NCBI GenBank assembly: GCA_034437075.1
Contig: DAOTVD010000427.1
Coordinates: 7,307-71,306, forward strand
Source of the DNA: Anaerolineae bacterium
GTDB lineage: Bacteria; Chloroflexota; Anaerolineae; Aggregatilineales; J027
Reading direction: 5' to 3'
DNA length: 64,000 bases
Shown here: positions 30,309 through 38,368 of the stretch, in pieces
How the letters are laid out: each line of letters begins with the position of its first letter
Position numbering within the stretch: position 1 is the first letter of the stretch
The notes under the pieces: model-generated
What the model was told of the DNA's origin: nothing
What the model saw: the letters and a program-made list of their open reading frames with translations, nothing else
Databases searched by the model: none
Program-made: the position numbers and the translations under genes

Positions 30309-30986
30309 ATGATGCAAAAGAAAGAAACAACTCTACGGCAGCGCATCATAATTATCAGTACGCTGCTGGGCATTGGGTTACTTGTGGGTGTCATCATCGG
30401 ATTTTCTCAATTTATTGTGCCCACATCTTCACCGGAAATAGACGAAGAGGCGGTGGATACCTTACCGACGCTCGCCGCAGCCGATGAAATCCCGCCGACG
30501 CCCCAAACCCAGACCCCGCTGCGGCCCGATGGCTCGCCTTATCCTAGCCTGTATATCCCGCAAGCCAATATTTCCGAATACATTATCGAATCGTTGTTGC
30601 GGCCCGAAGGTTGGCAAGTGGATCATCTGGGCGACCGTATCGGCCACTTACAAGGCACGTCTTGGGTAAATGAAGGCGGCAATGTCGTGCTGGCCGGGCA
30701 TATCGAAGACCGCGATGGCAATCCCTCGATATTTGCCAATATCGGGGACCTGGAAATTGGCACGTTGCTAACCATCAATGATAACAACGCGGCGCATAGC
30801 TACCGCGTGACAGATGTGCGTATCGTAGATGCGACCGACTTAAGTGTCGTGTATCCCCAAGGCCGCGAAACGCTAACTTTGATTACATGCACAGGCTACG
30901 ATTTTTTCTCCGACACCTACCAAGAGCGGATTGTCGTCAGCGCTGAGCGCGTTAATGCGCCAGTCGATGCCGCCCCATCCTTTTAG
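30309..30986 (+). CDS. Sortase-family transpeptidase
   Basis: An N-terminal TM is present. Catalytic motifs are VLAGH (His), TLTLITC (Cys) and ERIVVSAER (Arg). Confidence 0.8.
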   Translation: MMQKKETTLRQRIIIISTLLGIGLLVGVIIGFSQFIVPTSSPEIDEEAVDTLPTLAAADEIPPTPQTQTPLRPDGSPYPSLYIPQANISEYIIESLLRPEGWQVDHLGDRIGHLQGTSWVNEGGNVVLAGHIEDRDGNPSIFANIGDLEIGTLLTINDNNAAHSYRVTDVRIVDATDLSVVYPQGRETLTLITCTGYDFFSDTYQERIVVSAERVNAPVDAAPSF

Positions 30987-31013
30987 ATGACCGCCTGAGT
31001 TGAAAGAATTCCT

Positions 31014-31319
31014 ATGCCGCGCTATAGCCCATTTCAAGATGATTGGAAGCAGAATCTAACTGAACATTACAAGCAGATTGTTCAGACAGGTAACAGCACC
31101 CAGCGCGAAAACGGCAAACTGATGATGCAACAGGCTGGCTTCACAGAAAAAGAAATCAGCGCATTGTATATCGAAGCCACTATGCATTTAGATGACGTGC
31201 CGCGCGATTTTGTGCCCGATGCCAATATGCTCGAAGCACAGCGCAGCGCCTCCGAGCCACACCCGCTAGAGTGTACTTGCGCGGCTTGTCGCCCCTTTAC
31301 GCCCCCTCCTGAACGCTAA
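31014..31319 (+). CDS. Hypothetical protein (101 aa)
   Basis: The evidence is an ORF with a downstream terminator only. No motif was recognised. Confidence 0.4.
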   Translation: MPRYSPFQDDWKQNLTEHYKQIVQTGNSTQRENGKLMMQQAGFTEKEISALYIEATMHLDDVPRDFVPDANMLEAQRSASEPHPLECTCAACRPFTPPPER

Positions 31320-31366
31320 AGACCTTTCGCCTAGCAAGGCCAGCCCGCGCCGCTAAGATTCGTGAC

Positions 31367-31394
31367 AAAAAGCACGTCAGACCCGTGCTTTTTA
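31367..31394 (+). terminator. Rho-independent terminator
   Basis: AAAAGCACG-tcagacc-CGTGCTTTTT. Confidence 0.7.
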
Positions 31395-31591
31395 ACTTTG
31401 AGAGACCCGCTCAGATGCAGTACGCTTACCATAGCATCTGTATATTTTTTCGATGATCGGCTGCCTTTTGTGGCGACTTATATCTATGTTTATGAGGCCA
31501 CCAGCAAGCTGGGCATCTTTCGATTCTTTCCTGTCTGCGCTGCTCCACTCAATGTGCTCCTGCTTTTCAGGGTCCCTCATCGAAGAATATC

Positions 31592-32812
31592 ATGGTAGGG
31601 AAAAGGATTATGAGCCAGACTGAAACAAACCCGAATACACCAACGTTCAATGTTCTATTTTTCGGTGCGCTCGGCATCGGACTCATCGGTATCGTGATTG
31701 GCCTGATCGGCGCCACATCCGACGCCGACCTCTTCTGGCAAGCCTATCTCATCGGCTTCCTGTTTTGGCTGCAACTCGCTTTGGGGTGTTTGGCCTGGTT
31801 GCTGCTGGCAAACGTGCTCGATGCGCGATGGGTCTATGTCGTTAAGCGGTTTGCTGCGGCTGGTGCTCGAACCATACCGCTTTTGGCCGTGCTGTCCATC
31901 CCCTTGATTATCGCTCAGCAAGAAGTATTCCCCTGGGCTGCCGAGGGCGTCGAATTAGGCGATGAAAAAGCAATCTGGCTCGCGCCGGGGTTCTTCGCTG
32001 TTCGCGTTATTTTGTATTTCGTGGTATGGACCATTTTTGCCTATCTGCTGACGGGGTGGTCTTATGCGGCTGACCGCGACCGCGAGAATTACAATCGCCC
32101 GCGTGCCGTGCAATTTGGCATCTTGGGCATTATTGTTTATTTCCTCGTCACGAGCTTAGCGGCTTTTGATCTGTGGATGTTTCTCGATTACGAGTCGTTT
32201 TCCAGCATTTTCGGCTGGTTAGCTATCAGCCAATTTGCCTTGGCCGCGCTGTCCTTTATCTTGATGATTGCCGCCTTCTTTTGGGATGATGAAGCGTATA
32301 GCAAAGTCGCTACGCCGAAAGCCATTGGCGACATCAGCAGCTTGTTGATTGTTAGCATCCTGGTATGGGGCTATCTGTCGCTGATGCAATTCATCGTGAT
32401 GTGGTCGGGCAATATTCCGGACAAGGTCAATCTATATGCCCGCCGTGCGGAATACGATGCCTTACTCGTGTCTATCGTGCTCTTCCACGCGATTGCCTTT
32501 ATCGTGTTGATTATCCCCGGCATTAAACGTCTTCGCCCGGTGCTATCTGGCATTGCCGCGCTCGTGTTTTTGATGCGCATTGTCGAAGTATTCTGGTTCG
32601 TACTGCCGGTGACCAATCCTGAAGTGGCTTTCCAAGGGTGGGAATTTGCGATGCTGGTCGGCTTTGGCGGCTTTTGGGTGGCCATGTTCATGTGGTTGAT
32701 GTTCCAAAATCCGCTGGTGCCGCTGAATGACACCTCCTTAGAACGACATATGGAAAGCGGTGAACACGAGCGCTATACATCAGACGGCAACATTCGTCCG
32801 GTAGCAGGCTAG
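31592..32812 (+). CDS. NrfD-superfamily polytopic membrane protein, ActF-like (alternative complex III subunit F candidate)
   Basis: About 10 predicted TMs. FWLQLALGCLAWLLLANVLDARWVYVVKRFAAAGARTIPLLAV aligns by eye with the ActC segment [41 protein letters not shown] encoded in this same window. An alternative start lies at 31610. Confidence 0.55.
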   Translation: MVGKRIMSQTETNPNTPTFNVLFFGALGIGLIGIVIGLIGATSDADLFWQAYLIGFLFWLQLALGCLAWLLLANVLDARWVYVVKRFAAAGARTIPLLAVLSIPLIIAQQEVFPWAAEGVELGDEKAIWLAPGFFAVRVILYFVVWTIFAYLLTGWSYAADRDRENYNRPRAVQFGILGIIVYFLVTSLAAFDLWMFLDYESFSSIFGWLAISQFALAALSFILMIAAFFWDDEAYSKVATPKAIGDISSLLIVSILVWGYLSLMQFIVMWSGNIPDKVNLYARRAEYDALLVSIVLFHAIAFIVLIIPGIKRLRPVLSGIAALVFLMRIVEVFWFVLPVTNPEVAFQGWEFAMLVGFGGFWVAMFMWLMFQNPLVPLNDTSLERHMESGEHERYTSDGNIRPVAG

Positions 32813-32880
32813 CACTTGCATTGATGTTGCGTCACTAAAATAGACCAATCATTGAAGCATCCATAACCCAAAGGGGGATT

Positions 32881-34272
32881 ATGACCGCAACCACAAACTT
32901 GGTCTGGCGCGCGTTGCGCGCATCTCTGAAAACCATCCGGCTCGCCCTGCCCAAATTAGGGGTGGGCTGGATGTTTGCCTTGTTGACCATCGACTTCAAC
33001 CGCATTGCCATTCATGAACTGGGCATCACGGCGGTGTTAGTGACGTCTATGCTCGCGTTGCATTACTTTTTGTCACCGTTTCAAGTTATTTCCGGGCGCT
33101 TTACCGATCAGCATCCCATCGGCGGCTATCGCCGAACGCCGTATTTGCTCGTTAGCGCAATTTTGGGAAGTTTGCTATTCGTGGCTTTGCCCAGCATCGC
33201 GCAAAGCATGGGCGATGGTGAAGCATTGGGCTTTATCGCTGGCGTAGGGCTTTTTCTGTTATACGGCATCTTGATAGCCGTTATTGGCGATACGCATCAT
33301 GCGCTCATTGCCGAAGTAACCGAGCCCGAAGCACGCGGGACTGTGATTTCTGTCGTGTGGACGATCACGATCTTAAGTACCATCATTGCCGCTGGGGTCA
33401 TGAATAGTGTGCGCACGGAATACAGCCCCGAAGCCATGCAAAGTCTGTATAACCTGACGCCTTTTATCGTCATTATCTCAGCTTTTCTAGGTGTCATCGG
33501 CATAGAAAAACGCCTGACCAAAGACGAAGTTCAGGCCCTAAAAACCCAAAATAACCCGGTAATCCCCTCGGGGAACGGCATTCAAGCGGCACGTGCTGTA
33601 CTGCGCGAAAACGCCCAAGCGCGCGGCTTCTTCGCGTTTATCTTTATCGCCATTCTCGCGATCTTTTTACAGGATAATATCCTCGAAGTGTTCGGCGCCG
33701 AAGTTTTCGACTTGAACGTGAGTGAAACCACCCAATTCCAGCCAACCTGGGGCGGCGGTGTGCTCATCGGCATGCTCTTCATGGGCGTGGCCTGTGCGGT
33801 TAAACCGTTCAGGAAACGCACCATCGCGCTAATCGGCAGCCTGGGAACAGCCTTAGGAATGGCGATTCTCGCCACCTGCGCGGCCTTAGAGTTTCAAGCG
33901 GGCGTCCTGCCGGCGCTGTTCTTCATGGGTCTGTTTACGGGTTTTTTCAACGTGGGCGCGCTCTCCATGATGATGGATATGACCGTCGAAGGAGCTACTG
34001 GCCTTTACATGGGTATGTGGGGCATGGCCCAAGCCTTAGGTAACGGAGTAGCGGCTTTTGGGGGCGGTGCATTGCATACGGCCTTCATTGAAAGTGGCCT
34101 GCTAGCGCCGCATATCGCCTATTTTGGTATCTTCAGCCTAGAAGCCCTCGGCATGTTAACCGCTGCTTATTTGCTCTGGCATATCAGCGTGACGCGCTTT
34201 CATGATGTGCAAGATGAAAAGCTCACCCGCCAAGATACCCTACGCGCCATGGAAGCTGGAGCAATCGCCTGA
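32881..34272 (+). CDS. PucC/LhaA (BCD) family MFS protein, copy 1
   Basis: LGVGWMFALLTIDFNRIAIHELGI...LALHYFLSPFQVISGRFTDQHPIGGYRRTPYL matches the bacteriochlorophyll-delivery family signature. It is a paralogue of 38369..39823. Confidence 0.75.
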   Translation: MTATTNLVWRALRASLKTIRLALPKLGVGWMFALLTIDFNRIAIHELGITAVLVTSMLALHYFLSPFQVISGRFTDQHPIGGYRRTPYLLVSAILGSLLFVALPSIAQSMGDGEALGFIAGVGLFLLYGILIAVIGDTHHALIAEVTEPEARGTVISVVWTITILSTIIAAGVMNSVRTEYSPEAMQSLYNLTPFIVIISAFLGVIGIEKRLTKDEVQALKTQNNPVIPSGNGIQAARAVLRENAQARGFFAFIFIAILAIFLQDNILEVFGAEVFDLNVSETTQFQPTWGGGVLIGMLFMGVACAVKPFRKRTIALIGSLGTALGMAILATCAALEFQAGVLPALFFMGLFTGFFNVGALSMMMDMTVEGATGLYMGMWGMAQALGNGVAAFGGGALHTAFIESGLLAPHIAYFGIFSLEALGMLTAAYLLWHISVTRFHDVQDEKLTRQDTLRAMEAGAIA

Positions 34273-35069
34273 TGCCGGATACCGATTTTTCGTTTGACGC
34301 GCGTATCGCGGGCCTTTACAACCGCCAGCGCGCGCATCCCGAAGATGTCTCGCGCAGTATTGGTGAGGCCATCACGATGATTACAGGCGAGAATGCGCGC
34401 GTGCTCGAAATGGGCGTTGGAACGGGGCGTATTGCATACCCGGTTGCAGCGGCAGGCGCACGTGTTGTCGGCTTCGATCTCTCCGCCGAGATGCTAGCTC
34501 ACACCGCCGCCAACCAACAGCCTGATAGGCGTGGCAACCTAGCACTTTTGCAAGCGAATATGGAAGCAATGCCTTTCGCCAGTAACATCTTTGATGCCGT
34601 GCTGGCGGTGCACGTCCTGCATTTATCCAAAGATTTAGCGCGCGTCTTGCACGAAATCGGGCGCGTCTTGCATTCGGGTGGCGCGTTCATCCAGGGCAAC
34701 GATTGGATGGACCCAGAATCCGTCATTGGCGCTTTGCGCGACCACTTGCGGACGTTGGCCATGAAACATGCTAAGAATCTGATGCCGCCATCCGCTGGTG
34801 TGCCCCTGGCCCAAACGCTTGCCGAACTAGGCGGTACGGAAGTCAGCGAACAGATTGCGGCAGAATGGACCGTCTACATCAGCCCAGAGGAACGCTTGCA
34901 AGCTGTAGCCAACAAAATCGACGCGGAAAGCTGGATTATCCCGGATCATTTATTCGATACGATATTGGGCGAATTGCGCGAATTTGCCGCGCAAAGATGG
35001 CCCGATTTAGAAGCCAAGCAGGCGGTCACGCGCCGCTTTACGCTAAAGGTGACGCGCGGAACGTGGTAA
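34272..35069 (+). CDS. Class I SAM-dependent methyltransferase
   Basis: Motif I VLEMGVGTGRIA, plus FDLS and FDAVLAVHVLH. The start overlaps the upstream stop (TGATG). Confidence 0.75.
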   Translation: MPDTDFSFDARIAGLYNRQRAHPEDVSRSIGEAITMITGENARVLEMGVGTGRIAYPVAAAGARVVGFDLSAEMLAHTAANQQPDRRGNLALLQANMEAMPFASNIFDAVLAVHVLHLSKDLARVLHEIGRVLHSGGAFIQGNDWMDPESVIGALRDHLRTLAMKHAKNLMPPSAGVPLAQTLAELGGTEVSEQIAAEWTVYISPEERLQAVANKIDAESWIIPDHLFDTILGELREFAAQRWPDLEAKQAVTRRFTLKVTRGTW

Positions 35070-36238
35070 ACGAGCGCTATAAGGTCATCATCGTGGGTGG
35101 GGGGCCAACGGGCCTAGCCACTGCTTTGTATATGGCACACCATGCGCCAGAATTGGCCGCGCAGACGCTCATCATTGAGTCTAAATCTTATCCTCGGCCT
35201 AAGCTATGTGGCGGCGGAATCACCGTCCATGGCGCAGCCCTGCTAGAGTCGCTCGACCTGAACGATTTGAATATCCGCACTTACGATGTGCATCGTTTAG
35301 AGTTCCGGCTTGGGCAATACAGCTTTACGATTGAATATCCCGACGTCATGCGCGTGGTCGAACGTAGCGCGTTCGATGCCGCTATCGCGGATGCGGTCGC
35401 GGCGCAGGGTGTGCCCATGCGCACTGGCGAGCGCGTGCTGGATGTGCGCGTCGAGACAGATGGCGTCATACTCACTACCGATCAAAACGACTATCAATGC
35501 GATGTGGTCGTTGCCGCCGACGGTGCGAATAGCACGATTCGGCGTAAATTGGGCATGTTCAGCACAGTTGGCATTGCGCGCTTGCTCAAAGTCGTGCGCA
35601 CTGTCTCGCCGGATGCTGAACCCCTATGGCAAGACCATACCGCTGTGTTTGATTTCTCCTGCGTGCTGCAAGGTGTCCAGGGATATATGTGGGACTTTCC
35701 GTGTTTTGCGGGGGAAGAACCCTGCATGAACTATGGCATTTTTGATAGCCGCATCGCGCCGGATGCACCCAGCCAGCAAAACCAAGGCCATGGGCATTTC
35801 AAACACACCTTTGCCCAGGGCTTGAAGGAGCGAAACATCAACCTTGATGATTTGACGCTGCAAGGGCACCCGGTGCGCTGGTTCCATCCACAGGCGGAAT
35901 TCTCACGGCCACGGGTTCTACTGGCCGGGGATGCTGCTGGTGTTGATCCTTTGTTTGCAGAAGGTATCTCGTACGGCATGCAATATAGCAGCCTTGTCGT
36001 CGATAGCCTGCAAGATGCTTTTGCACGCGGTGATTTTGCATTCACCGATTATCGACAGCGTATACTCACCCACGAATTGGGTAAGTTACTCAAGCGGCGT
36101 GCCTGGGTCGCCGAAAGCTTATACCGATACCGTTATCCCTGGTTTTGGCGCATGATGTGGGGCGGTGCCAACATCGCCTCAAAGCCAATTCAAAGGCGGT
36201 TTGGTGCCTATTTAGCGTTGCTGCCTCCCCCTGCATAG
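35063..36238 (+). CDS. FAD-dependent oxidoreductase of the geranylgeranyl-reductase family (a BchP/ChlP paralogue)
   Basis: YKVIIVGGGPTGLATA, PKLCGGGI and LLAGDAAGVDPLFAEGISYGM. The track ORF (34865) extends upstream into the methyltransferase gene, so I place the start at GTG 35063. Confidence 0.7.
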   Translation: MVNERYKVIIVGGGPTGLATALYMAHHAPELAAQTLIIESKSYPRPKLCGGGITVHGAALLESLDLNDLNIRTYDVHRLEFRLGQYSFTIEYPDVMRVVERSAFDAAIADAVAAQGVPMRTGERVLDVRVETDGVILTTDQNDYQCDVVVAADGANSTIRRKLGMFSTVGIARLLKVVRTVSPDAEPLWQDHTAVFDFSCVLQGVQGYMWDFPCFAGEEPCMNYGIFDSRIAPDAPSQQNQGHGHFKHTFAQGLKERNINLDDLTLQGHPVRWFHPQAEFSRPRVLLAGDAAGVDPLFAEGISYGMQYSSLVVDSLQDAFARGDFAFTDYRQRILTHELGKLLKRRAWVAESLYRYRYPWFWRMMWGGANIASKPIQRRFGAYLALLPPPA

Positions 36239-36337
36239 GGTGATGAGCATACGCTAAAAATTGCTCGCAATAGGGCCAATATGGTTCTATAATATAAGAA
36301 GCGCTTTTCTGGATATAACCTCTGGAGGTTAAATATT

Positions 36338-36430
36338 ATGAAGCAAGAAACCGCTAATTGGGTCGTCCCCGTCGTAGGTACCGCCATTGTCTGGGTCTGG
36401 ATTTTCGTGCTGATGGCCGCTGCTGGCTAA
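36338..36430 (+). CDS. Unannotated 30-aa single-TM micro-protein (MKQETANWVVPVVGTAIVWVWIFVLMAAAG)
   Basis: My own translation. GGAGG lies 9 nt upstream of the ATG. The core is hydrophobic and a hairpin follows directly. The ORF falls below the track's length cutoff. Confidence 0.45.
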   Translation: MKQETANWVVPVVGTAIVWVWIFVLMAAAG

Positions 36431-36431
36431 G

Positions 36432-36466
36432 CAAAGAAAAAGGGCGGGGCATTCGGTGCCCTGCCC
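36432..36466 (-). terminator. Terminator closing the long minus-strand photosynthesis block (bidirectional hairpin)
   Basis: GGGCGGGGCA-ttcgg-TGCCCTGCCC forms a 10-bp stem with one G:U pair. On the minus strand TTTTTCTTT follows it. It lies 40 nt downstream of the stop at 36506. Confidence 0.7.
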
Positions 36467-36505
36467 TCCCCTAAATCCGCCTTTTTGCCCTGCATACCCC
36501 ACAAC

Positions 36506-37594
36506 TTAAGACTCACTAGCCGCCCAAAACTCATCGAGCGCTTGGCTGCATTCGTGCGGTTTTTCCCAATGAGGTAAGCTGCCGGTCGGAACAATGCGCT
36601 TAGCTTGCCAGTTGTCGTGTTTTTCGACAAATCCCGGTAATGCCTCGAAACTGACGTTAGCATCCCGATCATACAGCACTAGAACAGGCATGGTCAGTTT
36701 GCTGTATATCGAAGCCCGTACGCCCACCGTGAACAACTGCCCAGAAATAAAATAAAGCGGGGCATGTTTAGCGCCTGGCTGGTGGGCCGTGGCATAGGCA
36801 TAATCAACATAGCCATCTGGAATATCGCCCACGAAGAGCTTAGCCACGAAATACTGCATAAAGGCGCGCGTCACGAGTAAATCAAAAAGCGCCTGGCTCC
36901 ATAATGGCACGGTATAAATGCTATGTAGCGTTTCTTCGGGGAAATCGACATCTTGCGGGTTAAACCCTGTGGGGGAAATAAACGCCAGGCTACGGAAGCG
37001 TTCGGGCTGCTGCATCGCGGCGCGAGCAGCAAATTCTGCCCCCAGCGATAAAGCGATCACGTCGGCGGGTTCCTGGACGACATTTTCCAGAAATTCTAGA
37101 ATCGCCGCCGCGAATAAGTCTGGCGTATAGCGCCGATCTTCGCGGCTGGAAAACCCATAGCCTGGCAAATCCAGCGCATAGATTGGGCGCGAACCGCGAT
37201 AATGTTCGAAAAGGGGTTTCATTTCGTAGGCACTTGCCGCCGCGTTGATGCTATGCACTAGCACAAGAGGAGCCCCCGAGCCGGATTCATCTACGTAGTA
37301 ATTCAAGACACCCGTTGTGGGGCTTTGAAAGCGTTCGTGCGGCGCGGGTAACGCGGGCGGCAGATAGACATTATGGTCAATGAAAAAGCGGCTATTGACC
37401 CACCAAGCCCCCGTTGCGACCATACCTAAGCCTAAAACCGTCCCTAACAGCGAACCGCCATCTTTTTGTTCTTCGGACATATTGCGCGTACTTTCTCCTT
37501 CATTGGTACAAGGTATCAAGACAACAACATCCCCAGCCATCATCCATTGTAGGCTAAGGATGTCGATAGATATCCAATTGTAGGGCGCAGCCAA
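36506..37594 (-). CDS. Alpha/beta-fold hydrolase with an N-terminal TM segment
   Basis: PLVLVHS, LDLPGYGFS, nucleophile elbow ALSLGA, and a C-terminal His region (GSLPHWEKP). The true start may be the internal MSEEQK at 37480. Confidence 0.7.
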   Translation of the reverse strand: MAAPYNWISIDILSLQWMMAGDVVVLIPCTNEGESTRNMSEEQKDGGSLLGTVLGLGMVATGAWWVNSRFFIDHNVYLPPALPAPHERFQSPTTGVLNYYVDESGSGAPLVLVHSINAAASAYEMKPLFEHYRGSRPIYALDLPGYGFSSREDRRYTPDLFAAAILEFLENVVQEPADVIALSLGAEFAARAAMQQPERFRSLAFISPTGFNPQDVDFPEETLHSIYTVPLWSQALFDLLVTRAFMQYFVAKLFVGDIPDGYVDYAYATAHQPGAKHAPLYFISGQLFTVGVRASIYSKLTMPVLVLYDRDANVSFEALPGFVEKHDNWQAKRIVPTGSLPHWEKPHECSQALDEFWAASES

Positions 37595-37618
37595 TTGATT
37601 GGTTACGCCGCATTAGCC

Positions 37619-37762
37619 TTAGTCCATGTCGAACTTTTCGCCGTTTTCTTCCCAAGTCACCCAAACACTGAGCAACAAGGGCAAGAAAGGGGCCAAGGTA
37701 AGACCCAACATCGCCAAAAAGGTTACATTGAGCATCATGTCCCAAAAATCGGTAAACATCAT
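37619..37762 (-). CDS. Unannotated 47-aa single-TM micro-protein (MMFTDFWDMMLNVTFLAMLGLTLAPFLPLLLSVWVTWEENGEKFDMD)
   Basis: My own translation. AGGAG lies 10 nt upstream of the ATG. It sits in the 186-nt gap between the lipoprotein and hydrolase genes, on the same strand as the operon. Confidence 0.5.
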   Translation of the reverse strand: MMFTDFWDMMLNVTFLAMLGLTLAPFLPLLLSVWVTWEENGEKFDMD

Positions 37763-37780
37763 AATGTATACGCTCCTATA

Positions 37781-38320
37781 CTATTGCTGCACGCTTACCA
37801 GCGGCGCATCTTCTTGAATACGGTTCACTTCCGCCGAAGCGAATACATCCGGCAACATATCGACGAAGGCGTCGAACTGGGCTTCTTCTAAGCCAGAATA
37901 ATACGGGTCGATAGGGAAGTGGTAAATGAAATAGGTATCACTGGTATTCTTGAAGGAATAGAACTGGCCAGGATAGCTACCGATTTGCTCCCAATATTGA
38001 GCATTCGAGAGCGCTTCAATGTAGAACAGCGGCTCGCCTTCTTCGTCGTCTTCCTGATCATCATCAAGATAACGGAAGGTTACCGAGTTACCACGATTGA
38101 GCGTTTCCATCGAGCCGACCCATTCATCAGGTAGGGTAAGGGCCACATCATAGCGCGGGCCTTCATCGTTATTGTCCAAATAGCGTAATTCAAATTCTAC
38201 GCGCTCATTTTCGATAAGCTCAACCTCACTACCGGGGCCGCCAAAGGTGTATTCGCTGCACCCCGCCAGGGCGAACAGCGCGATCAGAATTAAGATCATA
38301 AAAGCGGATTTCGACATCAT
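37781..38320 (-). CDS. Acidic lipoprotein of unknown function
   Basis: Lipobox LFALAGC. GGAGG precedes the ATG at 38320, whereas the track ORF begins at 38341. No domain was recognised. Confidence 0.6.
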   Translation of the reverse strand: MMSKSAFMILILIALFALAGCSEYTFGGPGSEVELIENERVEFELRYLDNNDEGPRYDVALTLPDEWVGSMETLNRGNSVTFRYLDDDQEDDEEGEPLFYIEALSNAQYWEQIGSYPGQFYSFKNTSDTYFIYHFPIDPYYSGLEEAQFDAFVDMLPDVFASAEVNRIQEDAPLVSVQQ

Positions 38321-38368
38321 GCCTCCATCTAAAAAATTCAAGCCTTAGAAACGAAGCCTTCAAACGGG

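Noticed and set aside
31362-31598. The 78-aa ORF upstream of the ActF-like gene, and the antisense ORF 31392..31580.
   Set aside because: The ORF begins inside the terminator hairpin of the upstream gene. It has no SD sequence and no recognisable motif, and probably represents intergenic or leader sequence.
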